This document shows positions 1-13,024 of a DNA stretch of 64,000 nt, in pieces. The position numbers and the translations under genes were made by a program. The DNA is from Phoronis australis (Eukaryota; Animalia; Phoronida). The stretch is from positions 843,452 through 907,451 of the forward strand of contig NMRA01000003.1 in NCBI GenBank assembly GCA_002633005.1, in the 5' to 3' direction. Below the pieces are notes generated by a model, which made no database searches, had not been told where the DNA came from, and saw only the letters and a list, made by a program, of their open reading frames with translations. The first letter of the stretch is position 1; each line of letters starts with the position of its first letter.

Positions 1-426
1 GCCGCGAAGTCGACATCGGCGAGTACCTCAGTTAACAGACATCGGTAGAATAAGCATGGAATAATCGTTAAAATAATCACAAACCTTACTTTTGTATAAG
101 GTCGTGCTTACTTCCTCTCATAGAAGCACCCTTTTCACGGAATCTCAGATTCAGTTGGCACGGCTGCAAGCCATTTCACCATGTATTTAAAGGGCTCACG
201 AAATCGAGGCTGTTAATCTATCACCACTAGTACACGCGCGCCCTCTAGTTATTGTAGATTTTCCGAATAGCCCCATTGCGGCATATATTGAAAAAGTAAG
301 ATTTCCCTTGCCGCGCGTTACTCAGGTGACCCCCAGACCTAAACATCGGCGTATCGAACAGTGTTGGATGATCGCCAATTGCGGGTATCGCGTCTGTTTA
401 TCAAAACCCCCTGTTGCAGAAGAACC

Positions 427-803
427 CAGTGGCGGATTTAGAGGGGGACCAAGATCTCCCGAAAATTCTCCCAGATTCCATTTAGCAGTTCGGGGGTACA
501 AAAGTCCGACGGGCAAAATCCTGGCTAATATATGCGCGCACCCAGGGAGGGGGGGGGCTCAGGGGACTTCTTAGAGAAACAAAAAGTCAAAGGAAACGAG
601 ACAAAAGTCCACAGGAATTCGTCGCGAATGCACATGCACGGGGTTGAACCTAGTACCCCGTTTTTTTAGTACTCGTCTTTTTGTTCCTGTAAAAGGTCCA
701 CATTAACGCGAAATTCGAGCCCCCCTCTATATTTTAGGCTCAGTGCGCGCACGTGATCCTCTGCCTTGGCCCCACCTAAATCAAAATTCTGGATCCGCCC
801 CTG
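427..803. mobile_element. Non-autonomous DNA transposon/MITE (CAGTGGCGGAT TIR family, hAT-like)
   Basis: TIRs cagtggcggattt / ggatccgcccctg; 5-bp direct repeat gaacc on both flanks; related copy at 8946-9248. Confidence 0.8.
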
Positions 804-3501
804 GAACCGTTGAATAATGACGGGACGGGTTTTCACGGACGTGAGGTCATTTTTTCATGGGCTAAAAATTCTTCACATTAAATTTAGACCTGTGAAAAAA
901 CTAGCCGGAGTCATTTTTCATGGGGTCATTATTTAATGCTACACCGGCTCGGTTGGGTATATTTCCACTCGGTTTCCAGTGGGAAATTCTGTATTTTGGG
1001 AATAGGTCGGATGCGCAATTCAGTCGTACAGGTTTGATATTTTGATTACTATGTACTTTACTTTTTTGCGCAATTTTTGAGTCACAAAACAAAGAGCTCG
1101 TAAGCAAGCAGTGCAAATCCACAAAATTTCCAATATCAACTTTAACATAAGTACAGATTTTGCAGGGATATATTTGTTTTAATAAAACAGAAGAAACTTG
1201 ATTTTGGAATACTTATTAAGAAATGAGTTTTTAAAGCGGTATTTATGGTAGACATATGTCCCGAATAATAGATAAATGATGCGCGCGTCGCAAGCTCGTT
1301 ACCAGAGATGAAAAAGAGACGGAGGTAGGCGATATAAGGTCATTTATTATGACTAGTAGTTACAATATAATGAATACAGGTAATCTTTGGTAAGATGGGC
1401 AATAAAAAAGCTCCACAAGAGATGTTGTAAGACAGCTCATGCCCATCCGCAGGGACGCGCGAAGGGAGAGAGATGAAAGGAATAGTGTGGCGGTATATAT
1501 TTCAACAGAGAATACATAATTCACTTAGATGTACTGATTTTGATGGCTAGCGAGTAGGTTCGGGGATGTATTATGATTGTCATTGAAACCAAATATTTAC
1601 TTCAGTACAATCAGCAAACAGCATCATCATTGGATAAAAGCATATGCTGGTCAATAATTATCTTTTAATTGATCTTATATGGTCTCAATCACCAAGACTG
1701 ATGTGGAAACAATGCATAATCGCTCCGCTTAAATTACGGTGGCAGAACATAAAAACCTAGTGTCGATCAGCACCTCTAAACTCCATGACCGAACCAAAAA
1801 ACCCATGACTCAAAGGCTGGACCAAAAAACTTAACTCTTTGGCTGCAGGCATAACACTGCGAGCCCCCGCATTTCCTGGCTGATGCCGTAGGGCTCCCAG
1901 TGTTTTCCGCCATTTTTGTCCTGTGTAACACTCTCCAACATAGCGTCATAATGACAACGCGAGCTGCATTTATCTGAGTGGCGCGCGCCCGGTCTATGTG
2001 ATGTCCATGGGCTCTACTTTCCCGTATGACACGGCATAGTTGACGGCGTATTGAATGATCGTATTTACGCATATATGGAATAAAGTGCTATTCAACACTT
2101 GAAATAGAAAATACTATAAACTCGCTAATGTGTATGAGTGTTGTCGGTAAACAAACTTGCTTCAAAGCGGCTATTAACCCACCGTCCGTTACAAACACCG
2201 AATTTCATTTAGACCACTTATCGTTATGAATTTAAGCTCAAGTCGTTCTTTTGTCAAGTTGGTGGTGGTGTCAGCGCCTCGAAAAATGGCAGTTCGTTAT
2301 TGCTTGAGACATGGCTCTAAAACCTGACGTGTGTCGACACATCGTTTTACATGCTGATGATGGTATCAATGAAAAACGAATTGTGAGTTCTTTGCAATGT
2401 CATACATCACCTCTTACCTGAAAAGGCCAAGTGGAAAGCAATTTTAACGCGGTAAAACCTCAAAATCAAAAGTTCGCTTCTTGAACGCTTTATAAAAAAG
2501 CAGTCCTGTTCTCACGACAGGGCTAAAACAGACAGACCAGTCTGTTCTTTAATCCACTTGAAGTTGTGTCAGTGGAATGAAATACCTTGATGTCACTCTT
2601 GGTTCCTTTCTTACTGTCTGGCAAATATAAGGCTATGGAAATTATTTTGGTTTACAAACTTTAAACCTGTTGCACAAGGTCTAGTCTTGCACTAGTTCTT
2701 TGTATTGTCCTCACATGAGCATAGTTGGTCTGATAAAAAACATAAGTTACAACGTTGTCGTTTGCTGACAGGACCTGTAGCACGACAGGTTTTGTACATA
2801 AATTAGTTGCGCAAACTGGATGAGAGAAGAGATTTTCTCGAGTGTCAACGTATGTTCAAGTGTGTTGATAAATTAGCTCCTGACTGCCAGCGTGATAATG
2901 TATTTGTGAACCAAATCCGTAGCAGATTCACCAGATCTTCCAATAAGCATGAGTCTCTATTTGTGTAAACTTAAAACAAACTGCGGTATAAAAATATGTT
3001 AAACTACATGTGTTTTTACATAGTTGTGTCATTAGCCGAGGTTGATGCACCTTGTGCGTATATTCATTGAAGGCCTCGTAAAAATACTCACATGGCGCAT
3101 CATCCTCGGCTAATAACACACCCATATGAAACACGTGTAATTTAACATATATGTATTCAGTTCAGCGAAGGTAAGTTATGCAACAATATTCATCTCCAAG
3201 TTCAATTTTGTAACTCGTTAAACCACTTCAAAGCCAAGTACTGGAGCGTTTTATGGTAGCTGTTACTGCATAGAAAGAAAGTTTCGAATGTTACATTTTT
3301 GAAAAATATACTTGTTCCGAAAACTGTGAATCTGAAAAATTCAATGACAGATGGTGTACTCCCTTCAAGCGTCGTCTTGTGTTTTACCTTCCTGTATGTA
3401 CTTTACTGAAACGGGCTGAACGTTGAATCACTTTGTATCCAAACCGTACGCTTAAAGCATCTGTCTTCAAAATTAAAAAAAAAATTGATTATATATTTTA
3501 G

Positions 3502-3628
3502 CGACGGCCGAACCTGTGGCGCTACATGTCACTGTAGCCAGAACATGTTTCTCCTCGTCTGCGGTTCAGACAACGTCACATATAGATCGCCTTGCCACGC
3601 AGGCTGCAATTCGTCACAGGCTGATAAC
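3502..3628 (+). CDS. SLCO exon: Kazal-type extracellular domain
   Basis: Acceptor ttttag|c at 3501/3502, donor aac|gtacgt at 3628/3629; contains VCGSDNVTYRSPCHAGC. Confidence 0.92.
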
Positions 3629-6600
3629 GTACGTACCTTTAGCTACGCACTCAGACATCTGTCTCAATTAGTGTTCTCATGTAATAATACCATGTACTTG
3701 GAAAAAGGGAGGCTCGCCTTGTACGTTGCTCTATCGTGAAGTTTTATTAGTTGTCGAAATATAATTTCTTCAAGTATGTCGGTTTGTCGTGCAGTTTAAT
3801 TGTTTTTCTTTGTACGTACACTGCCGGACACATTTTTCGTTCAAGTGACATGAAATTCACACACAACATATATCTTTTTAAAATCTATGGGCCTTTTTGC
3901 TGTGTGTGAACTTGGAATCCTGCTTAATCTCAAGATCGCGTATGCGTGAACTTAGAATATTCATTTGGGCAATCAGGCGAAATTTTTGGTCAATGAAAAG
4001 TTAGAATTTTTGTAATTATTGGCCTCATTCATGATCACACATTTTCTCATTTAGCGAAACTTGTGATAAAGAATCGGAGGAATATGTGAATGGTGAAATC
4101 AATTATTGTTTGGTGAATGAGATTGTTAATAGTCGAAAAAGATTGGTTGAAGTTAATACGTTATTTTCATAGGCGGATTTGGCAAAACAATAAAACAGCA
4201 AGAGCGTAGGGAAATGTTGAGTTATTTTATTAATTAACCCCGGTGATTAACATTATACGGCTGAAACAAGGTTTAAATGTGTGCAGTTTTAGGGCGGGGG
4301 GNTCAGATCCACTTTCAAGTGTCAAATTCGGAACACGGCGTAACGGAACTATGGCTAAGTACATGTATAGGCTCTCCCACGATATCCCAGACGACCGGCA
4401 GTGGCGCTGCGCACTACGACTCCGTTTCCGTCGTCTGCTTCACTGTGCAATGAAGAAAATTTTACTTCATTTTTTAAAGAAAATGGAATCTGAGTGACTA
4501 TGAAAAAACAGAAGCTGCTGGTAAGATGTGAATTTTAATCGAAGCCTTAGTGAATCACTCAGAAACTCTAAATTCTCTCTTTGTCAAACCTTAACTTACG
4601 ACGATTTCCAAAGCAATGGCGTCATTATTGCCATCACGAAAAACGGATTTGGTCTATTGGTCAATTGAAGACTATTTTAAATACAACAAATTTGTTACGA
4701 ACTGATTGCACAAAATATAAAAAGTGTAATAGGAAGTAGGTTTCGCGCGCAAACGCTGTGGATCATAAACAAGTAGAGTGAGTTTGAGTATGTGGTAATG
4801 TCAGTTTTTCAAGTTTGACACGTTCTCGGTTTTTTTCCTTTTTTCCTTTGCCTTTTTTCTTGGATAATCAAGGAAAATGCTTGCTTTTTAGAGGAAAAAA
4901 CAGAAAAGTTTTCCTGGCGGAGGAGGGCAAACCCCCCTCAGGACCTCCCCCCATTCGGTGCTATGCGCATCTACAATAGTGCTTTGCTTTGCGCAAAAGT
5001 TTGCAGACAAAATGTTGGCCCCCCCTTGTGATATCCTAGGTCCGCCACTGATTTTGTTAACATGTAATTTGATATAGTGCAATTCAAATTTTCATCAATA
5101 TGAGCGAGAATATTTGAGTGATCTTGCCAAGTTTGCTCCTATATTCCAAGTTCACGCATACGTGATCTTGAGATTAAGCAAGATTCCAAGTTCTCGCACA
5201 GCATTTTGGGGGCAAAATCGGACCAAAGGTGGCGCTGTAACGCCCATTTTTTAAACTTTCTAAAGTACTGTGTCCTTTGAAGATTCTTCTCAGCTTACTT
5301 AAACTGTCGCTCTGCGGTTCTGCTGATTATTATTAATTACTCGTTACTGTAGAGCTATCATGACCATTATTCAGAGCAATGGCAATAAAAATTCGTTTTT
5401 CAAGGCATTAAGTTGACCCTTTCAAGTATCCACGTGTTGGGCCAACAGCGTTTTGACTATGAATTTTTATTAGCTCTGCGCTATCTTTCCAGGAATTTAG
5501 CAACTGTGCCTGCGTGTCTGACATCCTTAAAACGGCCGCCAGTGGGCCATGCCATGACCAACCTTGTTTGGGCATGCTGTGGTTGTATGTGGCTCTCAGC
5601 GTCGCGGGGATCATTGTCTCAGCATCCTCCACAATTCCTGCAACTGTAATTAGCCTCAGGTAAGTTCTTTGCACCTGCCAAACTCTAGACATCGAGTTGT
5701 ATTAAAAAGCTTGGTTATTATAGTTTGAAGTTGTCAGTTGATTGTGTTGCAGTTTCCCTTGATTCAAATTCGAAATTAACCCCTTGTTCTTTATTTTCCA
5801 GGAGTATCCATACCACAGACAAAGCCTTATCTCTAGCCATGCATACTGTCATGACAAGTTTACTGGGTAACACGAGTTTTATTATTCAAGTACGCAAAAA
5901 GTTAATCGATGGGGTTAGACACATAGACACAAGTCCAAGACGTTCGCTAGCCCGTAACTCCTATACAAGCGTTCGTGCCCATAGAGGGGTGCGGACTTAA
6001 GTCTCCTGTGGCCAGTTGCATGAAACAGTCCCCATAGGGACTCAACTAAGGCTCCTAAGTCTGTTTTTGCATATTTGTGTCTGTATGGACTCACAGATGC
6101 AATATTTTTCTATCATTTTATCTTTATTGTGAGCTCCTCTTTGACTAATGACATTTTCTAATCCTACAACTAAAATGTGAACCCTTAATTTATTGAAAAC
6201 GAATAGCGACTAAGTCCTTAAATTAGCAACGTTTTTGATGATGTTGAGAATTCAACGTAAAAATCTCTCTCGCTTTCTATCAAACCCACTAATTGACTTA
6301 ATAATGAAACTAAACCAGTATAAGCAAGGCCATTCAGTGTTTTCACAAGTCCACAAGCATGCATTAGATTTAGGGACCTCAGCTGAGTCCCTATTTGGGA
6401 CTGTTACATGCAACTGTGCACTGGACCCCATGAAGAACCGCCAGTGTAAGCATTGGGAAATTCTTTAAATGCAAAGAAATTGAGAGGTGGGATAATTTTC
6501 AGCACATGGCCTTGTAAGATGTCAACGTCGGCGCTACTGAGTTCATTTAGTTCTTACCTGGACGGTCGTTAGGTAGCTACCCTTCACAGAGGGACCATTT

Positions 6601-7076
6601 CTCCCATCGGAAACTGCCTACCTTGATACGATTGGTTATACTACACAGACGTTATACAGCATTCGCCGACCTACACAGTGTTTACATGTAGGCATGCATC
6701 ACATTTTTTTGTTTTTCTAGGTTTCATTCCTGGACCCATTCTGGCCGGAGTAGCAGTAGACAGGGCATGTGACCAGTGGCAAACGAAAACTTGCGATTCA
6801 AAATCCATGTTTTGTCGTGCTTATGATCCTGTTAAACTTCGCGTATATTATCACGTCTTCGGCTGTGTAGCCGCTACTGTGAGCTTTCTTTTAAGTGCCT
6901 TCGTTGCTAGGAAGTGTAGCAGCTCGATCACATTTTACTCAGATTGCGAAGACGCAGTGGTTTTGGAATCAAGTATTAGCGACGACGAAACCGATTACGA
7001 AACCGTTGGAAACAGTTACCGATATCGGGAACTCGCCTCAGAGGATGTCGACGATGCTCGACCATTTGACCATTGA
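3502..7076 (+). CDS. OATP/SLCO-family organic anion transporter, 3' part (exons 3502-3628, 5493-5659, 5802-5866, 6721-7076; upstream exons not identified)
   Basis: Four GT-AG-bounded exons splice in frame. They encode a Kazal-like loop (CGATCHCSQNMFLLVCGSDNVTYRSPCHAGC), EFSNCAC..GPC..TM, a 65-nt exon R|SIHTTDKALSLAMHTVMTSLLG, and GFIPGPILAGVAVDRACDQW..C..CRAYD followed by the last TM and an acidic tail. These are OATP family signatures. No orthologue symbol can be assigned. Confidence 0.93.
3898..5203. mobile_element. TIR element (~62-bp TIRs) in an SLCO intron, with nested insertion; contains assembly N at 4302
   Basis: tgctgtgtgtgaacttggaatcctgcttaatctcaagatcgcgtatgcgtgaactt at 3898 is inverted at about 5141-5203; tttt on both flanks. 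Confidence 0.75.
4635..5050. mobile_element. 3' part of CAGTGGCGGA-TIR element, homologous to 25235-25693
   Basis: Shares cacgaaaaacggatttggtc...gcgcaaacgctgtgga...tgtgatatcctag(g/a)tccgccactg with the 25.2-25.7 kb copy. Confidence 0.75.
5493..5659 (+). CDS. SLCO exon: end of extracellular loop and following TM helix
   Basis: ctttccag|GAA ... ctcag|gtaagt; reads EFSNCACVSDILKTAASGPCHDQPCLGMLWLYVALSVAGIIVSASSTIPATVISLR. This frame is not in the ORF track. Confidence 0.9.
5802..5866 (+). CDS. SLCO 65-nt exon
   Basis: ttttccag|G ... ctgg|gtaac; reads SIHTTDKALSLAMHTVMTSLLG; splice phases match both neighbouring exons. Confidence 0.9.
6013..6416. mobile_element. MITE with ~48-bp imperfect TIRs
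   Basis: cagttgcatgaaacagtccccatagggactcaactaagg versus cctcagctgagtccctatttgggactgttacatgcaactg. Confidence 0.65.
6721..7076 (+). CDS. SLCO terminal coding exon
   Basis: tttttctag|GT; reads GFIPGPILAGVAVDRACDQWQTKTC...; stop TGA at 7074-7076. Confidence 0.93.
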
Positions 7077-8029
7077 GGAACATTAATTGGTCTGGTGTAT
7101 GGCTGGTGGTAGTTGGCGGTTTTGCTGATTTTCTACAGTACCGCTGGTCTTGTTCAAGTTTGCAAATTACATGGTGGACTTTATCATTCGACAATTTGAA
7201 GAACCCAATGTGAAAAAATCTCAAGCCAAACTCACTTGAATACTCCCGACGTTGCGGAGCCGGCTGTCTCCTTCCACTGGGTAACAGTGACTGTAAGAGT
7301 CGTGGTTCAAGGACCTGTACTTGTTGATTCCCACGAATCGAACGGTCTCTATGGATTCCCTATGGAGACAGACGGCGGCGCAAGGAGGATGAAATTAAGT
7401 GTTTTTTCAATAAGTTGGAATCATCATCGCATTAAACTCGCTTATAACAAAGAAGTTATTCCTCGTGGAAAATATTCGTGTAAACATTATTTCTTGCTGT
7501 GAGTTTTTCACAAAACGTAACGAGAGTGGCGTAGATGAAGTAATATCTTACGAGACATTATTCCGCCATCGACCGAGACCGAGTTTTCTCTCGTAAAAGA
7601 AGCAGTTTTAAATGTAACGATTTATTACTTGAAAAGAGATATCAAAGAAGAAAACAACGATAACTGTGCATTGAACTTGTAACATCTCCTGAAAATAGTT
7701 AAATAACAACAATATTTGATATTGTAATTACCGAGGAATCGGCGCCTGAGTTGCATACGATATAATATTTAGCAATTGAAAACTGAGACAGAACTGTCAT
7801 ATAATTAATAGTCCTGTTCCAGATGTTATGGTTGGGACCTGATTGCATGTTGAGTGTTATTCATACACTGCTACAGTTGTATTACTTTAAACTATTTTCG
7901 GAAAGTTTGATGATCGAACTGGCTAACGACGTCGAGTCGACATTGACCTATACCTTTTGAACTTTCAATGTCAGAGGTCACTGTAGAAGTAGTGTGGGAG
8001 ATGAATACGGAAAACATTACACGGCCGTA

Positions 8030-11000
8030 TCACCCCGGCGAACCCGCGATCGAGAACGACCGGAAAGCGATAGAGAACGAAACCGGTTGCGAGAAGCGAA
8101 GCCAGGGAAGGTGAGTAAATTTGATGAATTTACGTTGTTTTTACTTCCAATGTGAAAACAGAGACATGAGTTCATGGCGTAACACATTGAGGAAGGGCAG
8201 GTAGAGGTTTGGGCTGGTGTCTGTTCCAATTATTGGAGATAAGTTACGTTGAACGAGGCATCGATTGAGTCAAAGGGGATTCGTATGTCATTTTGGCAAA
8301 TTGCGGTTAGTTTTGGCACTAAATCAATAAATTGACCATGAAGTTATGAAGAAGTGACTTGTGAAAATATAACACAACGCTTGTTTTTCGTAGTTTTGTC
8401 AGGATCTCTGATTTTTCGACACTTTTCTGTTGAAAGATGAGATCGAGAACGCAAAGATAAGCGATCGGAAACGCAAATTTTTGTAGTGTTTGTGCGATCG
8501 AGAACGCATCGTGGTGTGCCGAACAGTTATGAACTTTTTACTTATAAAACGTGAAAAGGGTTACAAAAATAAGTGTGGTGCAATGAATTAATCACATTTT
8601 GAGTCATTACTGTTACTTTCGTTTCCAAACTAAACAATATCATAGCATTACCCTTAAATTAAAATGAGCGACTACACGTACATCAAGCCCTATTTTAATT
8701 ATAGATATTTTCACAAATGAATTTATTTTCATTTCAGGAAACACGTTCACTGTTATTATTGTGAGGCGAGCTTCAACGAACAGATTGATCAGGGCGTGAA
8801 AGTTCGCCCTACCAGGGTTTTGAAATACAGACATACTGTTAGACGAAACCAAGTGGAACAAGGGGTTCTAAACTAAGACTCACCCAGCAATTGTCCCATG
8901 TGGCGTGTAAGCCAGGAGTAAACAAATTGTTGATGCAGATGAAAGCAGTGGCGGATTTAGGAGGGGGGTTGTCAAGGGGGCCATGCCCTGTAAAATTCTC
9001 TCAGATACCATTTGGCAGTCCGGGGTGCGAATTGGCGACTAGCATATGCGCGCACCCAAGTGGGCTCGAGGGGTTAATGTGCAATTCATAGGCCTTGAAC
9101 AAACCCCGTGTACCTTTTTTAGTAATAAGGTCCACAAACCCAAAAATTCGAGGCCCCTGCATCCCTACATTTTAGGCTGGGCGCGCGCATGTGGCAAAAT
9201 TCTGACTATTCATGTGCCCTGCCCCCACCCCCGTAACTCAAAATCCTGTGAAAGTGAGTGCCGAATCTTCTTGTAAGATTGTGACAGAAAAAGGAAAAAA
9301 AAAACAAATACGCCAGTGAAGTTAAAGATTGATGACGAGCGTGCCTGTGGGGAGCGAGTAGAGTGCTGCAACACCATTCGTGAGGTGATTCAAAGATTAC
9401 CGCTCATGAACGTCTGGAATTTAAAAAAATGCCAGAAATAGTGTTAACTGTTTTGCTGATAAAACGGGTGATATTTTGTTGGATGTTTTTCTGATATTAT
9501 CGATACAGTGATGAACAGATTGACTTGTGGCACTTGTGTGGCTTGGATATACAATATATGTTTGACTCTTCTGTTTTGTAGTATTGGTCCTGAGTGCATC
9601 TTCATAAGATATAATACACCTACTATATTGTGATTTTCTCAAAAACGTAGTTAAAATGTTGTCTTTAACATCACTTCAAGACACAATGTAATGATTACAC
9701 AGGAAATCAACAACAATATTAAAGCAATTCTATAATATTATTAATCTTTTGTCACACATACCTCAAAATTGGTTATACGGAAAAAAGATATAAAACATTG
9801 CTTTAGGGAAATCAACATAACAAATCCAGTGTACATTTCCTGCGAATTATTTTTGGAGTGTATTAGACTAAATCATCACTGAATCATAGACAATCTATTT
9901 CGGACAGGTTCATAGTATAAAACTCTATCACAGGGAATCAACAACAATATGAAAACAGTTTCTACAGTTATCGCAGACATATAGTTTTCTTTTAAATTAC
10001 TAATTGGTCATAAAAATTGTACGTAAGAATCACCCAATGACACATAGAGTGGCCATTTAAATGTACCCAAACACAACAAAAATGCACTTGATCTGTTAAA
10101 GATGCTGCTGAAATAACACAAATAGGAAAAAGGTTCAAAACAAAACGTCAAAATACTATCACATCAGACAACTACCAACCATAAACTCTGTAAATCTGAA
10201 TAAAGTTTCGTGAATTAACAACTTTCACTACTGGACTGAATAATTTTATTCATGGTGATTCTGATTCTCATGTCTGTAGAAGGAGGCATACTCTTTGCAT
10301 GACACATTAACAACTTACAACAAGGAGTGTCCTCAGGCTTACTCTTTCTGTGAAACATTGATCGCAGATAGGGCACTGAAACAACTTGGTTCCTGAGCAC
10401 TATGCTTCATATTGTGTTTTCTTATGCCGTAAAAAAATCTTGCCCCATGCAACACGGGGCTGGTAAAGGTCTTGCTTGCAACTAGTGAGTGACACTGTGT
10501 TTTATTGTCATGTGGTTATACAAAAAAGGTTTCTTCCTGAACGAAGCTCCACAACATATATGCATACACAGCCCTTTGTCACATGCATCAGTTGTGCTAC
10601 CGGTACTCTTTTTTGAAGGCGTGTATGTTAACACTCTGAAGGACTCCTCATGCGGCTACAGTTCAACTGAAAAATCAAACGCATTTAATCATATTTGTGA
10701 GCTAAATCTCACACAGAAATCATAAAAAACGGTGAAACTATAACAAACAATTGACCTGTCAACTACTTCATGGTCGTATTATTCTAAAATTATTGATATA
10801 ACACCGTAACTTGAACAGTTATTCAGGAAAATGCACAGAAAAAAACGTGCGTTCACGATCGCATTTTTTGCGTTCACGATCGCCATGGAGAATTAACAAC
10901 TTCGTTCCCGATCGCCGTCTCACACAAGGACCTGCTTGTATCGGTAGATAGCTCGAATTGTTTCACAAATTATAACTAACAAAGGTGTCACCAGGGAAGA

Positions 11001-11343
11001 TTTAACTATAAACGTCACACGTGTCCACTGAAGAACCCAGGAATTGCTGACAACAAGTAGAAATTGACGAATTTACGAGACGCAAGTCATTTTAACGAAA
11101 GCCATTGCATTCTGCTGTCTCTATTTCAAAAAATAGCAAAAGCCAAGTATTATTTCAGATCCCCAACAAAGGCTAAGCTCTGACGCTTTTCGATGTGTCG
11201 CATCGGTACCAAAGTAGCCTCTATTTAAGAAGAAAATGACACTTAAACTCACCGGGTACTTCACTGTCGTCTGCCATTTTTGGTGTAAGGTCTCGTTCTC
11301 GATCGCCTTCAGGGCGTTCTCGATCGCGGGTTGGCCGGGGTGA
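8030..11343. mobile_element. 3.3-kb non-autonomous DNA transposon, ~55-bp TIRs, TA flanks, subterminal GCGATCGAGAACG repeats
   Basis: TIR tcaccccggcgaacccgcgatcgagaacg... matches the inverted right end (about 6 mismatches in 55). The element is absent from the duplicate flank at about 13465. No transposase ORF. Confidence 0.9.
8946..9248. mobile_element. Nested, 3'-truncated copy of the 427-803 MITE family
   Basis: cagtggcggatttag..atatgcgcgcaccca..aaggtccaca..aaattcgag..ttttaggct..gcgcgca shared with 427-803. Confidence 0.7.
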
Positions 11344-11884
11344 TACGCACTCGACTGATTCAACGCGTATGGGTTAATGTTACTTATTACCAAAGAATAT
11401 ATTGTGTTTGTGTGTTTAGATTTTACCTCCAGAAGTTCAAAAATCATTTTGAAAAACACCATGTTTATCTCTGATTATTTAAAAAACGTTTGAGTGCGTG
11501 TTGAAAGAACATCATTTGTTGTGTTAAAACAACGCTGGTCACCAGTCAAATGGCTTTTAGGATGTTTCAAAGTGACAAGAAGCACAACGATTATTTTTAG
11601 TTGACTTGTTTATGGATAGCGTGATACAATCTATGCAGAAATGATTGTGGGACAGAGGTAGATCGATCTGCAGGCATCACTTCATCCAGTGCAGTACATT
11701 GCAAGCAGCGCGAAGTCTAATTTATCACAGATGCACCTTACCGAGCATGTTGGCCAGCTGTGAATTGCATGACTCGTATTCACAAATTTAGGCTCTGAAA
11801 CACCCATCAATTTTCGCTATCCGTATCAAGGTCAATACGCATACTGCTGAAAATTTTAAACACGTCACTGATTGTTTACGTTAC

Positions 11885-12931
11885 ATGGACAACACGAAAA
11901 CTAAAAAAACAGTTTTCGATATGTCCAGGGCCAAAGCAGATTACGTAGGCTTACAGTTTTTTGCACGACAACTGAACCTACGAGACGTTCTCGTCATTGC
12001 ACTTAGCTGTATTAGCTATACGCTAGCAACACAATTGGAGGATGAAATACCAGGCTTTACATGTCTTCGCGACGCTGTGGGAACACGTTACAAGGGATCG
12101 ATTACCCGTGCGAAGAACAACGAAAAGTGCCTATCGTGGAAAAGTATTATGGAAAACCCCGCATACACGAATACAATAAAAACGAAAATAAAAGATGTCT
12201 ACGATTCATGGCCCGAGTACGAAAAACTATCAAGTAAATGCAGAAATCCTGATAAAAATACCAACGGACCGTGGTGTTTCACTGAAAGGTCGAGCAACGA
12301 TGTTGTTGTCACAAGTTGCCAAATTTCTTTGTGCGTCGCTTCTCCCAATATAGGTTGTTTGCAGCACCATAGAGGCACTTGCTATCGCGGCTCAGAGAAC
12401 CAAGTCAAGCTCTTTGATGGAACTGTACACACGTGTACTCCTTGGAGTACCGTCATGGAATCTAAGGGTCCTAAACTGAATAGTATAGTTAAAGACATAC
12501 AACAAGTTTACAAAAACTGGTCCATCGTAGAAAAGGAATCGAACGCATGTAGAAATCCGGACAGACGAAGTGATGGCCCGTGGTGCTTCCTCTACGAAAA
12601 CAGAACGCATGGTGCTTACGCGTCTGTGCAAAGTTGTGATATTCCACTATGCAATATCAAGCCTAGGAATACCTGCTTTATCGACCAATTCGGATATTAT
12701 TACACAGGACCCCACAACGTGACAAAGGACGGCGAACCGTGCTCGACTTGGAGTAGTGTTATGACGGATAGTGTATTTGATGAGTATGATATAGTAGAAA
12801 AAATTAAATTCAAGTACACGAGTTGGTCACAAGAGGAAAAACGGTCAAACGCGTGTAAAAATCCCGACAATAGAAAACATGGGCCTTGGTGTTTTGTACG
12901 GCGAAATAACAGGACGCTAGAACAAGTGACG
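11885..12931 (+). CDS. Three-kringle protein, copy A, truncated at an assembly join (N at 12932); paralogue or allele of 13998-15683
   Basis: About 99% identical to the first 349 codons of ORF 13998. Three CRNPD/CKNPD-xxx-GPWCF kringle motifs. Similarity stops exactly at the single N. Confidence 0.8.
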
Positions 12932-13024
12932 NTCATTTTTTCGGTAGATTTTTAAATGCTTCACTCAAACTGTTCATGTGGTGGATCACACCCAATGTGC
13001 ATGTACTTGCGCGTTAGGTTGCAT

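Noticed and set aside
1278-1630. Possible solo LTR (TGATG...CATCA, reverse poly(A) signal and TATA-like motif)
   Set aside because: No matching target-site duplication, PBS/PPT or second copy in the window.
12932-12955. Apparent short C-terminus (XIFSVDF*) suggesting a secreted kringle-only isoform
   Set aside because: It arises from reading across an assembly N into unrelated sequence; the last kringle lacks its final two Cys.
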